A stretch of DNA of 64,000 nucleotides from Macrostomum lignano (lineage: Eukaryota). Below are positions 23,371-35,929 of the stretch, in pieces; the stretch's first letter is position 1; each line of letters starts with the position of its first letter. Under the pieces are notes generated by a model, which searched no databases, was not told the DNA's origin, and saw only the letters and a list, made by a program, of their open reading frames with translations. The stretch lies in contig NIVC01003962.1 of the NCBI GenBank assembly GCA_002269645.1, positions 3,487 through 67,486 on the forward strand. The letters are read 5' to 3'. The translations under genes were made by a program, and so were the position numbers.

Positions 23371-24418
23371 TGTACATTGTATGTTATGTTATGCAATGGT
23401 TATGTAATTCTGAGCTTTTAAGCTCGTATCATGAGAGTTGCAAAGCCATAAAAAGATAACCTTGGAGCTCCAACACTCCGAGAGATAAAACTCAATGGCC
23501 CCAATAATTTGGAAATTTTATAAATGACTAGGCCTCTTTAATGTATTTATTCGTCTGCTTAGCAAAGATTAAGTTACACATTTTGTTAAGTAAGAAGTCG
23601 GTTTCGTAGATAAGTATTTTTTTAAAAAAGCAACTACAATAACAAAAATAAAACATTTAGTATTTTATGTGACCCTAAAAGTATAAAAAAAGTTTTAAAA
23701 TTAGCAAACTTATAACTAAAAAAATTTTCTGTCTTTCTTTAACATATTTTTAAGTGGAAATCATCACAGCGATAAATCATTTTTTCTAAGACATCAATCA
23801 TCATCCAGTCGTTAATCTAATATCACGACCGACGACGGTTTTCTACTTTTCTAGTGATGATTTGCTTTTGCTAGTGTAGAAAAACTTTAAATAGCCTAAA
23901 TAGTCCTAAGCATTAATAGAGATCTAATTAAGATCTCAACAATAGTACGCTTTACTTTAAATTTATATTTACGAAGTACATTCAATTTTATCGCCAGCTG
24001 ATTCAATAAAACTTAAAAGTAGTCGTCAAAGTTAAAACTGGCGACATTTTTAGTCTAAATAGAAACTGCAAATTTACGTAGCACCTCCATCTAATTTTCT
24101 CTTATAATAAATTGCTACTAAACAATATTCAGCTAATCAGCTCTACTACAGCTTAACATACATAGCCTAACATAGATGATTTTTCCTTCTTCAGATTGCT
24201 AATTTTCACTACACAACACTACACAAAACACAAGTTGGACCAAACATTTTGCTTCGATTTTTAACAATTTGTATTCTTCATAAATAATATAGACAGTTCT
24301 GTTCAGTAGTAGTATTAAAGCTAAGCATCATTGTAATTTGTATTCTGAAAGCAAAAAGTTTATAAACTTAAATTAAAACAAACTATTTCATGTGGAATGC
24401 AGTTTTGTAAAAAGAAAA

Positions 24419-27400
24419 ATGTCACTATTTGACTTTCAATCAAGAGAAGTTGTTCACGTCAAAGTAAAGGTAAGTGTCAGTTGTTAGTACTTTTATTACT
24501 TTTCATCATAAACTAAATATACTTAATATAGATAGTTACATTTCATTTCAATTCTACTAGGCAAAGTATTTCGAGCATTCCCATGGAAGTTTAATAGGAT
24601 ATAAAATTTAAGCAAAGTTGCCAAGCAAACCATATATAATTCAACCTAATTTTTTTATTTAAATTTTAGTAACATAAAATGCCAAAATTAAATTAATTTG
24701 GCCTATTAATTTAGTTTAATTTAACTTTAGGATAATATATTTGTTTTATAAATTCCTAGCCTAGATAAAGCTAATATAATTATTAATATTTAGCTGTATA
24801 TAAGCTTTTTGTGCACAAGCAGAAAACAAATCATTTTATTTATAGAAATAAATAAAATGAATATATTTATTCTTCTAAATAAGAATAGAAATAGAAATCC
24901 TTATAAATGAGGATTTTTAGTATAAGACTTTTATATTTATCAAATTTACATGGCAAAGCAATATAAATATTTGAATAATTATCTTTAATATCTGTTAGAA
25001 CTCATACAGGTAGCACTGTAAATAAGAAAACAGTGCTACTGTTTTAATAAATAATAAATAATAAATAACTGTAAATAAATATAAAACTGTAAATATTGAA
25101 TAATAAATAATATCTTTCTTATCTATTTTTATTTTTTATTTAGTTCTATTTGCAATCATAAAGAGTTTATTTTCATATGTTTTTACTAGTAAAACAAGAT
25201 CTCTATACTAACTTTGTTGATACAAATAAAATCAAGGTTTCAATAAAAAGCTTAGCCAAGATAGGGAGGGAGGCTAGAGACTTGTCCCTCCCCTCCCCCT
25301 AGAGAGGGGATTTTTTTACTGCCTTTACAACTGCCTTTGTATTTTGCTTCTATGGCTTATGTCAAAGATAGATTAATATTATTTGTCTCCCCATGACATG
25401 AATCCTGGCTTTGCACCCGGTTTCAATTATAAATTAAATTAAATATAATATGTAATGATACAAAAAACAGGTATATCAAAATTTCATTAAAACCAATGCA
25501 TTTATTTTAGTTGTGCAGTTCAACTGATGATGCAGTATACAAGAAATTTAGCATTGATCCTGGCATCACAACCTTTGAAGTGCTACAGCGACTTTTGGCT
25601 AGAGCATTTGATATCAAGTGGTAAGTTAAATCTTATAGAGATCTTGTAATCCCAATGCAAGTCAGATTTGGGGATATGGGATTTGAATCCCATTGTCAGA
25701 GTTGGGATTTGAATCCCATCTGTCAGAGTTGAGGGTGTGGGATTTGAATCCTATCTGTCAGAGTTGAGGGTGTGGGATTTGAATCCCATCTGCCAGAGTT
25801 GAGGGTGTGGGATTTGAATCCCATCTGTCAGAGTTGAGGGTGTGGGATTTGAATCCTATCTGTCAGAGTTGAGGGTGTGGGATTTGAATCCTATCTGTCA
25901 GAGTTGAGGGTGTGGGATTTGAATCCCATCTGTCAGAGTTGAGGGTGTGGGATTTGAATCCTATCTGTCAGAGTTGAGGGTGTGGGATTTGAATCCTATC
26001 TGTCAGAGTTGAGGGTGTGGGATTTGAATCCCATCTGTCAGAGTTGAGGGTGTGGGATTTGAATCCCATCTGTCAGAGTTGAGGGTGTGGGATTTGAATC
26101 CCATCTGTCAGAGTTGGGGATGTGATATCTGAATCCCATCTGTCAGAGTTGGGGATGTGGGATTTGAATCCTATCTGTCAGAGTTGAGGATGTGGGATTT
26201 GAATCCTATCTGTCAGAGTTGGGGGTGTGGGATTTGAATCCTATCTGTCAGAGTTGGGGGTGTGGGATTTGAATCCTATCTGTCAGAGTTCGGATTTGAA
26301 TCCCATCTGCCAGAGTTGGGGATGTGGGATTTGAATCCTATCTGTCAGAGTTGGGGGTGTGGGATTTGAATCCTATCTGTCAGAGTTCGGATTTGAATCC
26401 TATCTGCCAGAGTTGGGGATGTGGGATTTGAATCCTATCTGCCAGAGTTGGGGATGTGGGATTTGAATCCTATCTGCCAGAGTTGGGGATGTGGGATTTG
26501 AATCCTATCTGTCAGAGTTGGGGGTGTGGGATTTGAATCCTATCTGTCAGAGTTGGGGGTGTGGGATTTGAATCCTATCTGTCAGAGTTGGGGGTGTGGG
26601 ATTTGAATCCTATCTGTCAGAGTTCGGATTTGAATCCCATCTGCCAGAGTTGGGGATGTGGGATTTGAATCCTATCTGTCAGAGTTGGGATTTGAATCCC
26701 ATCTGTCAGATCTGGGGATTTGGGATTTGAATCCTATCTGCCAGAGTTGGGGATTTGGGATTTGAATCCCATCTGCCAGAGTTGGGGATTTGGGATTTGA
26801 ATCTCATCTGTCAGATCTGGGGATTTGGGATTTGAATCCTATCTGCCAGAGTTGGGGATTTGGGATTTGAATCCCATCTGCCAGAGTTGGGGATTTGGGA
26901 TTTGAATCTCATCTGTCAGATCTGGGGATTTGGGATTTGAATCCCATCTGCCAGAGTTGGGGATGTGGGATTTGAATCCCATCTGTCAGAGTTGGGGGTG
27001 TGGGATTTGAATCCCATCTATCAGAGTTGGGGATGTGGGATTTGAATCCCATCTGTCAGAGTTGGGGATGTGGGATTTGAATCCCATCTGTCAGAGTTGA
27101 GGATGTGGGATTTGAATCCCATCTGTCAGAGTTGGGGATGTGGGATTTGAATCCCATCTGTCAGAGTTGGGGATGTGGGATTTGAATCTCATCTGTCAGA
27201 GCTGGGATTTGAATCCCATCTGTCAGAGTTGGGATTTGAATCCCATCTGTCAGAGTTGGGGATGTGGGATTTGAATCCCATCTGCCAGAGTTGGGGATTT
27301 GGGATTTGAATCCCATCTGCCAGAGTTGGGGATGTGGGATTTGAATCCCATCTGTCAGAGTTGGGGATGTGGGATTTGAATCCCATCTGTCAGAGTTGGG

Positions 27401-30400
27401 GATGTGGGATTTGAATCCCATCTGTCAGAGTTGGGGATGTGGGATTTGAATCCCATCTGTCAGAGTTGGGGATGTGGGATTTGAATCCCATCTGTCAGAG
27501 TTGGGGATGTGGGATTTGAATCTCATCTGTCAGAGTTGGGGATGTGGGATTTGAATCTCATCTGTCAGAGTTGGGATTTGAATCCCATCTGTCAGAGTTG
27601 GGAATTGAATCCCATCTGTCAGAGTTGAGGGTGAGATTTGAATCCCATCTGTCAGAGTTGAGGGTGTGGGATTTGAATCCCATCTGTCAGAGTTGAGGGT
27701 GAGATTTGAATCCCATCTGTCAGAGTTGAGGGTGAGATTTGAATCCCACCTGTCAGAGTTGGGATTTGAATCCCATCTGTCAGAGTTGGGATTTGAATCC
27801 TATCTTTCAGATCGGGACATGTGGATTTAGTACATCTAACTCTGCCTTCATTTTTCACTTTCTATGCTTTGTTTAATTTTCCAGCGACTTCACCATATCC
27901 TACCTGGTGACAGATGACATTGGAGAGAAGGTCTACCTATCTATGCTGTCTGACTGGGATCTTGATGCGGCTATACTTAGCGCTTCAGATCCCATTCTAA
28001 GGCTGAAGATAACATTGAGGAATTTTGACAATGGTAAGGTTATAAAATTTTGTTTTTAATGAGCAAATGAATAATGTCCTTTCCTGATTTTTCATACTTT
28101 TTGTTTGCACAAGCGCTGCCTAATTTCTATTGAGGTTCCTTTATTTTTATTTACTAATTGCACAGCAACTCATGGTAAGTGACTGTGACTGATGATGGAA
28201 ACCTTCAGTACAAAAATAATGATATTATGCAACTTTGATATTAATCAAAATGCTTTTCTGTTGTACGAGGCCAGAGGTGAATTTATCTACAAAGATAAAT
28301 CTAGTGTTGCACAATTACATACTTGCGTATGGCTGTTATATAGTACTCTGGTATGTAAGTAGTATGTTAAAATATGACAATTTATAATTAAAAAATTAAT
28401 TTCAGGCCTAGATAGCGGAGTATTCACCTTTCACCAGTCGTACAATCAGAGCTTTGAAGACGGGCTCAATCACGAGGATGAGTCTAAAATGGCTTGTAAA
28501 TAATCTCGCTATGATATACGTATAGTAATGAGACTAATAAGAATTAATTATTTGCCGTGCACTTTAAAGGGGTGAATTTGCGTGCTTTTTTATGGAACAA
28601 CTGCTACTCTCACAGCTTTGAGTTTTGACTTTTCACTTTTGCGCTATTTTTACTTTTCACCAGTTACAACAGAAATTGTTCTCGTTACAGTCGGTTGCAG
28701 CTTTAACTCAACTTTAATTGAATGCTTTAGGACATTGTAATAAAGCATTGCTTTTTTGCTGTTATATTGGCGTGTTTCTTAATTGTTGGTTTGGGTATGG
28801 CGGTGCTGCTATGTTAAGATTTTTACAAAATTAGTTATTTTGTTTATTGTTTTTTTCGGTATTATTCATATTTATCGAGAAGATAAAATTTAGTGTAGCT
28901 TATATCTATCTAAATCATACTTTATTAAATCCGATATGTATCGAAAGTATACCTAATCGTAGCCGATATGTATTGAAAAGATACTTTAGTAAAGCCGATA
29001 TAAATTATAGGATATTTTTGCTAAGCTAAAATGTATCGAAAGTGTACTTTAGCGTAGTCGATATGTATATAGAAGGGATACTTTAAAGTAGCCGATATGT
29101 ATCCAAAGGATACTTAAGCGTAGCCGATATGCATCGAAAGGTGATGGTTTATCCGAACCGATATGTATCGAAAAAATCATTAACAATTTGAAAAATCGAC
29201 AGGCATGGACAAAGACTGGGATATCATATCCCGAGGCGAGCTGCCGCTTCAGTCCCAAGCCGGTCTGTTGGCTCTTCAGCGACAACAACAGAAAGAGCAG
29301 CAGCAACAGCAACAGCAGCAAAATCACCAAGTGGCCTTATCGAATAGTTCCAGCGTTGTTGCCAATGGCAACAGCAGCGTCAGCCAGCAGCCGCCGCAGC
29401 AGCAGTCGTCAAGTTCAGGCGGCAGCGGGCCCAGTCAGTTCTTCTCTCAGTTGGGCAGCCACGTCGGCAAGTCGATGATCACGCAGATGCAGAAAGCGGT
29501 TGGCGGCTGGAAGCTTTTGCCCGAGCTGAATTTGCCCAGCAGCAGCTCGTCCGGTCCGGCGCTTCCGTTCGCTCGTCAGGACGCGATGTCGGCTCCGCCA
29601 AGGCCGCCTGTGTCTGACAGGGAGTTCCAATCGCATCTGGACTCGGCTGGGCGGGTGCGCGACTTCTGGGCGTTGAAGCAGGCCGTGTTTCTGGGAGGCC
29701 TGGATCCTTCGCTGAGAAAGGTCGGAGAACGGCAATCTAAGTTGTTAATTTAAACAAATAATTTTTTTTAAAAATTGACAGCAGTTTCTTTTTTTGACTG
29801 CACTATAATAGTTTTTTCAGATTTTTGGTGCTAATTAAAACTTTATTTATTTTGGCGCCATTTTAAATTTCTTTTTTGGCACCAATTTAAATTTCTCGGT
29901 TTTGGAACCATTTTTCCAATTATTTGATTTTGACACCAGTTCCAACATCTTGATTTGGTGCCAATTCAATCTTTTAGTTTCAAATTTACCAATTCGAATT
30001 TTAGGTTTTAGCCCCAATTTAAATGTATCGATTTTGGCACCAATTCAAATTTCTAAGTTTTAGCGCCAATTTAAACTACTAGATTTTGGTGCCAATTCAA
30101 ATTTGACTCAAATTATTTTTGCGTTATTTTCAGATTAAATGAGAAAACTTTAGAAGCATCCATAAAACACAATCAATTTAATTCTTGGCTACAGGTTGCT
30201 TGGCGCCTTCTGCTTCCGGTGTTCCCCAAGGGCAGCACCGGTCAGGAGCGCATTGCCTTCATGAAGCGCTCAGCTCAGCGCTACTTCGAAATGAAGCGCT
30301 GCTGGAAGGAGACTTACGCAGCGGGTCAGATGAGTCAGGCGCATCTGGCTCTGATCACAGCTATTAGCAAGGATGTTATTAGAACTGATCGAGGTGCGTT

Positions 30401-33400
30401 CGTGCTCCATTCTTGTAACATCCGTTATTTTATTATCTTGATTCTGGTTATGATTCTGTGTCTTGTGTTCTGGGGAGAATTACACGAAATTTTACTGCAG
30501 CTTTTGGTCAGTTGTAAACACAAATCTATGTAGTCTGTCTGCTTTGATCTCTTCCTCTCTCCCTTCTCTGTCCTTTTTCTCTTATCTCCATTCATTTCTC
30601 CCTTCACTCTATGCCCTTCATTTCTTCTCTTCGTCTCTTCCCTTCTTCTCTTCCCTTCTTCTCTTCCCTTCATCTGTTCCCTTCATCTCTTCCCTTCTCT
30701 TCCCTTCTTCTCTTCCCTTCTTCTCTTCCCTTCTTCTCTTCCATTCATCTGTTCCCTTCTTCTCTTCCCTTCTCTTCCCTTCTTCTCTTCCCTTCTTCTT
30801 TTTCCTTCATCTATTTCTTTCATATTTTTCCTTCATCCCTTTCTTACTGCGCATATTTTGTTTGCCATTTATCATACTTTAATTCACCAGCATCGTGAAG
30901 TTGTAGTGAACCTAAATTTGTATACAGACTCCTTTATCTTCAATGCTTAATTTTGCTTTAATTCATTTCTTTATATCACCTACCAAAACGATAGCATGGT
31001 ACTCGTATTACTCAATGTCAATTACCATTGATAATGATTATTAACTTTATAATAACCGTTAGTTTGTATAATCGTATTAAATATAATCTGAAATTAAAAC
31101 GATCACAGACCAGTCGTATTATGCCTATCCGTCGGTTAATAACCCGAGCCAATTAACTCACCTGCACCTGATGAGCCTGTTGCGAAATGGCTACAGCGGA
31201 CCGCATCAATCTGCGGCAGCGAAATTTAATGATCACTTGGATTCAGGTGTTTTGCCGCTGCGATGTCAATTTTGAGTTTCATTAAGTAGAGAATTTGATT
31301 CATTATCCCCAGGTGTTACTTTTATTCATGATTACTGTTTTATGCAAAATTGTGAATTTTTTACAACTTCCAGTTGCGTCTCTCTCCACCCTCTCACTTC
31401 TGTCACTCTCCACCCCTCAGCTCTGTTCTGTCACTCTCCACCCTCTCACTTCTGTCACTCTCCACCCCTCAGCTCTGTTCTGTCACTCTCCACCCTCTCA
31501 CTTCTGTCACTCTCCACCCCTCAGCTCTGTTCTGTCACTCTCCACCCTCTCACTTCTGTCACTCTCCACCCCTCAGCTCTGTTCTGTCACTCTCCACCCC
31601 CTCAGTTCTGTCACTCTCCACCCCCTCAGCTCTGTTCTGTCACTCTCCACCCCCTCAGTTCTGTCACTCTCCACCCCCTCAGCTCTGTTCTGTCACTCTC
31701 CACCCCCTCAGTTCTGTCACTCTCCACCCCCTCAGTTCTGTCACTCTCCACCCCCTCAGCTCTGTTCTGTCACTCTCCACCCCCTCAGTTCTGCCACTCT
31801 CCACCCCCTCAGCTCTGTCACTCTCCACCCCCTCAGCTCTGTCACTCTCCACCCCCTCAGTTCTGTCACTCTCCACCCCCTCAGTTCTGTCACTCTCCAC
31901 CCCCTCAGTTCTGTCACTCTCCACCCCCTCAGTTCTGTCACTCTCCCCCTCTCAGTTCTGTCACTCTCCACCCCCTCAATACTGTCACTCTCCATACTCT
32001 CACTTCCGTCACTCCCCATACTCTCACTTCCGTCACTCCCCATACTCTCATTTCCGTCACTCCCCATACTCTCACTTCCGTCACTCCCCATACTCTCACT
32101 TCCGTCACTCCCCATACTCTCACTTCCGTCACTCCCCATACTCTCACTTCCGTCACTCCCCATACTCTCACTTCCGTCACTCCCCATACTCTCACTTCCG
32201 TCACTCCCCATACTCTCACTTCCGTCACTCCCCATACTCTCACTTCCGTCACTCCCCATACTCTCACTTCTTTCACTCTCTCCCTCATTCCGTCACGCTC
32301 TCCCTCATCCTATCACTATCCCTCATTACGTCACTCTCCTTTATTCCGTCACTCTCCTTCATTCCGTCACTCTCTCCCAAATTTCCGTCACTCTCTCCCA
32401 CACTCCGTCACTCTCTCCCTCATTCCGTCACTCTTTTCATGGTTTTAAAAATGATTTTAACAAAGGTAAGTAATGTTAAATTATTTTCAGCTTTCACTAT
32501 AGCCAACTAATTAGATTTTTACTCCCCGATACTCTTATTTGAAATCTATTGATTTGCATCCTTTAAATCATCATTGAGTAAAAACACAGTAAATGAATTT
32601 GAATATCTTGACTCTACTCTTGCCTACTAACTAAGTAGACAAATAAGCATCTGTAGCTAATATTGTATTTTATATTAACATTCTATTAGCTCGTATATTG
32701 ATTATTGATTTGCGTTTTTTTAAATACTCCAACAGGTCACCCGTTCTATTCCGGCGGCAACGGCAACGTAGCCACAGGCGGGAGTATGGCTGACGCAGCT
32801 GAGAGCGAATATTCTCCGCATATTCTGCAGCTGTTCGACCTTCTAGTGACCTACGCTATTTATCACCCGTCTGTTGGCTACGCCCAGGGTTAGAAAAGAG
32901 TTTGTTACTCTGCTAGGGATTGAGTCTGTCACTCTGCTAGGGATTGAGTCTGTCACTCTGCTAGGGATTGAGTCTGTCACTCTTCTAGGGATTGAGTCTG
33001 TCACTCTCCTAGGGATTGAGTCTGTCACTCTCCTAGGGATTGAGTCTTTCACTTCTAGGGATTGAGTCAGTCACTCCTCGAGTCTGTCACTCTTCTTGAG
33101 TCGGTCACTATTCTTGAATCTGTCACTCTTAGGGATTAATTAGGGAGTCTGTCACACTCTTTTTAGGCTTGAGTGAGTTCACCCCTGCTATGGTCAAATC
33201 TGTCACTCAATCTTCCTAATAAAACTTGTCACCCCGCTGGCCTCAGGCTAGATAAATCATTTCTACAGCTGTACAATCACACAATTACTCCTCGTTGACG
33301 TTCCCGCAGGCATGAGCGACTTGGCAAGCCCTCTACTAGTGGTGCAGAAAGACGAGGCCTACGCGTACATCTGTTTCTGCGCCCTGATGTGCCGAACCAA

Positions 33401-34133
33401 GGACAATTTCCGACGCGAGTCAACAGCTATGCTGACCAAATTCCAGCACCTTCACGACCTCATCGTGCACATGGACGCGGAACTGGCGGCGTTCCTTCGC
33501 TGCCACGGCTTGGCCGATATGTTCTTCACGCATCGCTGGCTGCTGTTGGAAATGAAGCGCGAATTTCAATTCGATGACACTCTGAGAATGCTGGAGGTTC
33601 AATGGGCTGGGCTGCCGCACCTGTTCACCTTTCCCAAGAGTGCCGATGGTGTACCGCTGCAGGAGGATGCCTGCATCGGTGTGGCTTCTCCAGCCTCCGC
33701 CAGCACCAGCGCCGCGGCCGCCGTGTCTCCGCCGTCGCCGAAGGACACTCCCTACCTCCGACTGCAGTCCATGCTGAGACAGTCTCGCGAGGAAGCCTCC
33801 GCTGCCGCTTCTAGTGGCGCCTCGGCCACGGCCGCCGTGGTGCTGAAAGACGGCGTCGTTGAGCTGCCACCGCCCGAGGTTCTGGGCTGCGGCAACCCCT
33901 TCCTGCTGTTCATGTGCGCCAGCATGCTGCAGGAGCATCGTGACCGGGTGATGCGTTCCTGTCACGATATGTGCGAGATTGTCATGCACTTTAATCGGCT
34001 GATTCGGAGTCACAATCTTGGCGCAATTCTTAATCGAGCCAGACAGATGTACACCGAGTACATGGAGGCCCAGGATGACAAGTTTTCTTTGGCTTTAACT
34101 AGCGGAGCGCAGTTGGCTGGGTCATCTAATTGA
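24419..34133 (+). CDS. TBC1D25: Rab GTPase-activating protein TBC1D25-like; 7 exons: 24419-24469, 25511-25620, 27885-28033, 29203-29720, 30195-30393, 32736-32888, 33310-34133 (667 aa)
   Basis: Phases consistent (2004 nt). N-terminal REVVHVKVK..FSIDPGITTFEVLQRLLARAFDI..ISYL..VYLSMLSDWDLDAA..DWDIIS is typical of TBC1D25. TBC R-finger DVIRTDR and Q-finger YAQGMSDL; FTHRWLLLEMKREF; GNPFLLFMC. Confidence 0.9.
25670..27805. repeat. ~32-bp minisatellite (GGGATTTGAATCCCATCTGTCAGAGTTGGGGATGT type), TBC1D25 intron 2
   Basis: Directly visible; each unit holds the hairpin TGGGA-TTTGAA-TCCCA. Confidence 0.96.
28930..29170. repeat. Degenerate tandem repeat (AGCCGATATGTATCGAA...), TBC1D25 intron 3
   Basis: About 7 recurrences of CCGATATGTATC. 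Confidence 0.75.
30545..30850. repeat. CT-rich low-complexity repeat, TBC1D25 intron 5
   Basis: Directly visible. Confidence 0.9.
31375..32430. repeat. Compound minisatellite (CTGTCACTCTCCACCCCCTCAG.. grading into TTCCGTCACTCCCCATACTCTCAC), TBC1D25 intron 5
   Basis: Directly visible; the unit drifts along the array. Confidence 0.95.
32905..33190. repeat. 24-bp minisatellite (CTCTGCTAGGGATTGAGTCTGTCA), TBC1D25 intron 6
   Basis: Directly visible. Confidence 0.9.
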
Positions 34134-34269
34134 TGCTTGACACTATTTTCTTTTAAGTCTATCACTTTGTCTGAGAGAAATGGTCGATTTTTCAAGTTCC
34201 AAAATAATAATGATTTTCTTTTGTTTGTTCAGAAGTTTCAGTTGTGATATGAGTTTTTGTTTGTATGCA

Positions 34270-35125
34270 TTGCTGATAATAACCTAATAAAATAGTCTTA
34301 TCTGTCTTATCTAGCGTACGCTGTCTAAAAATAGCAACACTGTTTTCATTCTCTAGTCAGCGTACGCTGTGTCTAAAAATAGCAAGTGTTTTCATTTTTT
34401 AGTCAGCGTACCCGTGTCTAAAAAAGGTTATCAAAGATTTTGCTGATAATAACCTAACAAAATAGTCTTATCTGTCTTATCTAGCGTACGCTGTCTAAAA
34501 ATAGCAACACTGTTTTCATTCTCTAGTCAGCGTACGCTGTCTAAAAATAGCAAGTGTTTTCATTTTTTAGTCAGCGTACCCGTGTCTAAAAATAACATCA
34601 GTGTCATTATCTCACCAGCGTACGCTGTGTCTAAAAATAGCAACAGTGTTTTGATTATTTAATCAGCATGATACGCTGTGTCTAAAAATAGCAACAGTGT
34701 CATTATCTCACCAGCGTACGAGCGTATGCTGTGTCTAAAAATAGCAACAGTGTTTTCGGTCTCTAGTTAGCATACGCTGTGTCTAAAAATAGCAACAGTG
34801 TTGTCATTCTCTAGTCAGCGTACGCTGTCTAAAAATAGCAAGTGTTTTCATTTTTTAGTCAGCGTACCCGTGTCTAAAAATAACATCAGTGTCATTACCT
34901 CACCAGCGTACGCTGTGTCTAAAAATAGCAACAGTGTTTTGATTATTTAATCAGCATGATACGCTGTGTCTAAAAATAGCAACAGTGTCATTATCTCACC
35001 AGCGTACGAGCGTATGCTGTGTCTAAAAATAGCAACAGTGTCATTATCTCACCAGCGTACGAGCGTATGCTGTGTCTAAAAATAGCAACAGTGTTTTCGG
35101 TCTCTAGACAACAGCGTACGCTATA
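34270..35125. repeat. ~45-bp degenerate tandem repeat (AGCGTACGCTGTGTCTAAAAATAGCAACAGTG..) downstream of TBC1D25
   Basis: Directly visible, with higher-order duplicated blocks. Confidence 0.9.
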
Positions 35126-35929
35126 CGTATAAAAATAGTGGCAGCGTTATTAACTGACGCTGTTAAGAACTGCTAACTGAGCTTCTAAATTGTGATTTAG
35201 CTTGTAAATAGAAATGACTGATTTATCAGTTGGAAAAGGGTCACTGAAGTAAATATGAAAAATTTATTTTTTTGAATTCAATAATAAATCATTTGTTCTT
35301 TTGATTCATGATTTCTTTAGAATGGAGTGAATTTTTTTGTCTTAAATAGGTTTTCAACTTGAGACTTTTTTGATCATCAGGTTATTATATCTGCTTATCT
35401 CGCTCTTTATTGATTATTAATATTTAACCTTTAGTTATTATTATTATTCAATTGGGTGATGGCCAGCATTTACATTGAGTCGCAATATTATAATTATATT
35501 TAACTGACTATTACAATTATATTGTCGACTTCTTGTCATGCCCTTGCTTATCAGAGCAAATTCAAATGTTTGGTAATTATTTACGTATTGATTGTGATTA
35601 ATTGCATCAATGTAGCAGGTTATCAAAGATTTTGAAACACTGCGCAAACTTTCCTAACTGGCTGATTTGCTATTTTGACATAAATAAAAGTGACTTATAA
35701 TCACTTCATTCACATTCTTTCCCGTGTTATTACTTATTGCTACTTATATTAATATTATCCTGCATTGCTACTGTATGCCTTGGTTCCTGTCCATTCCAAT
35801 TGACAGTTTTTTGTTCAGACAAAATATACCGATATGCCATGCTGCATTCTGCATTAGAAGTCCTGGAAATGTCCGTTTATCGAACAATATGCTGCCTGCT
35901 GCTTTCTGCTCTGCTTTTTATGGTCCATG

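Noticed and set aside
25670-27805. CRISPR-like palindromic ~32-bp repeats
   Set aside because: No unique spacers (units are contiguous), no cas genes, and it lies within a eukaryotic intron.
31160-31250. Hammerhead ribozyme core motifs CTGATGAG...CGAAA in TBC1D25 intron 5
   Set aside because: Stem II can be drawn, but I could not build adjacent stems I and III around a valid NUH site. An Infernal search with Rfam hammerhead models would settle it.
31295-32510. 368-392-aa ORFs in three frames
   Set aside because: CT-rich intronic tandem repeat.
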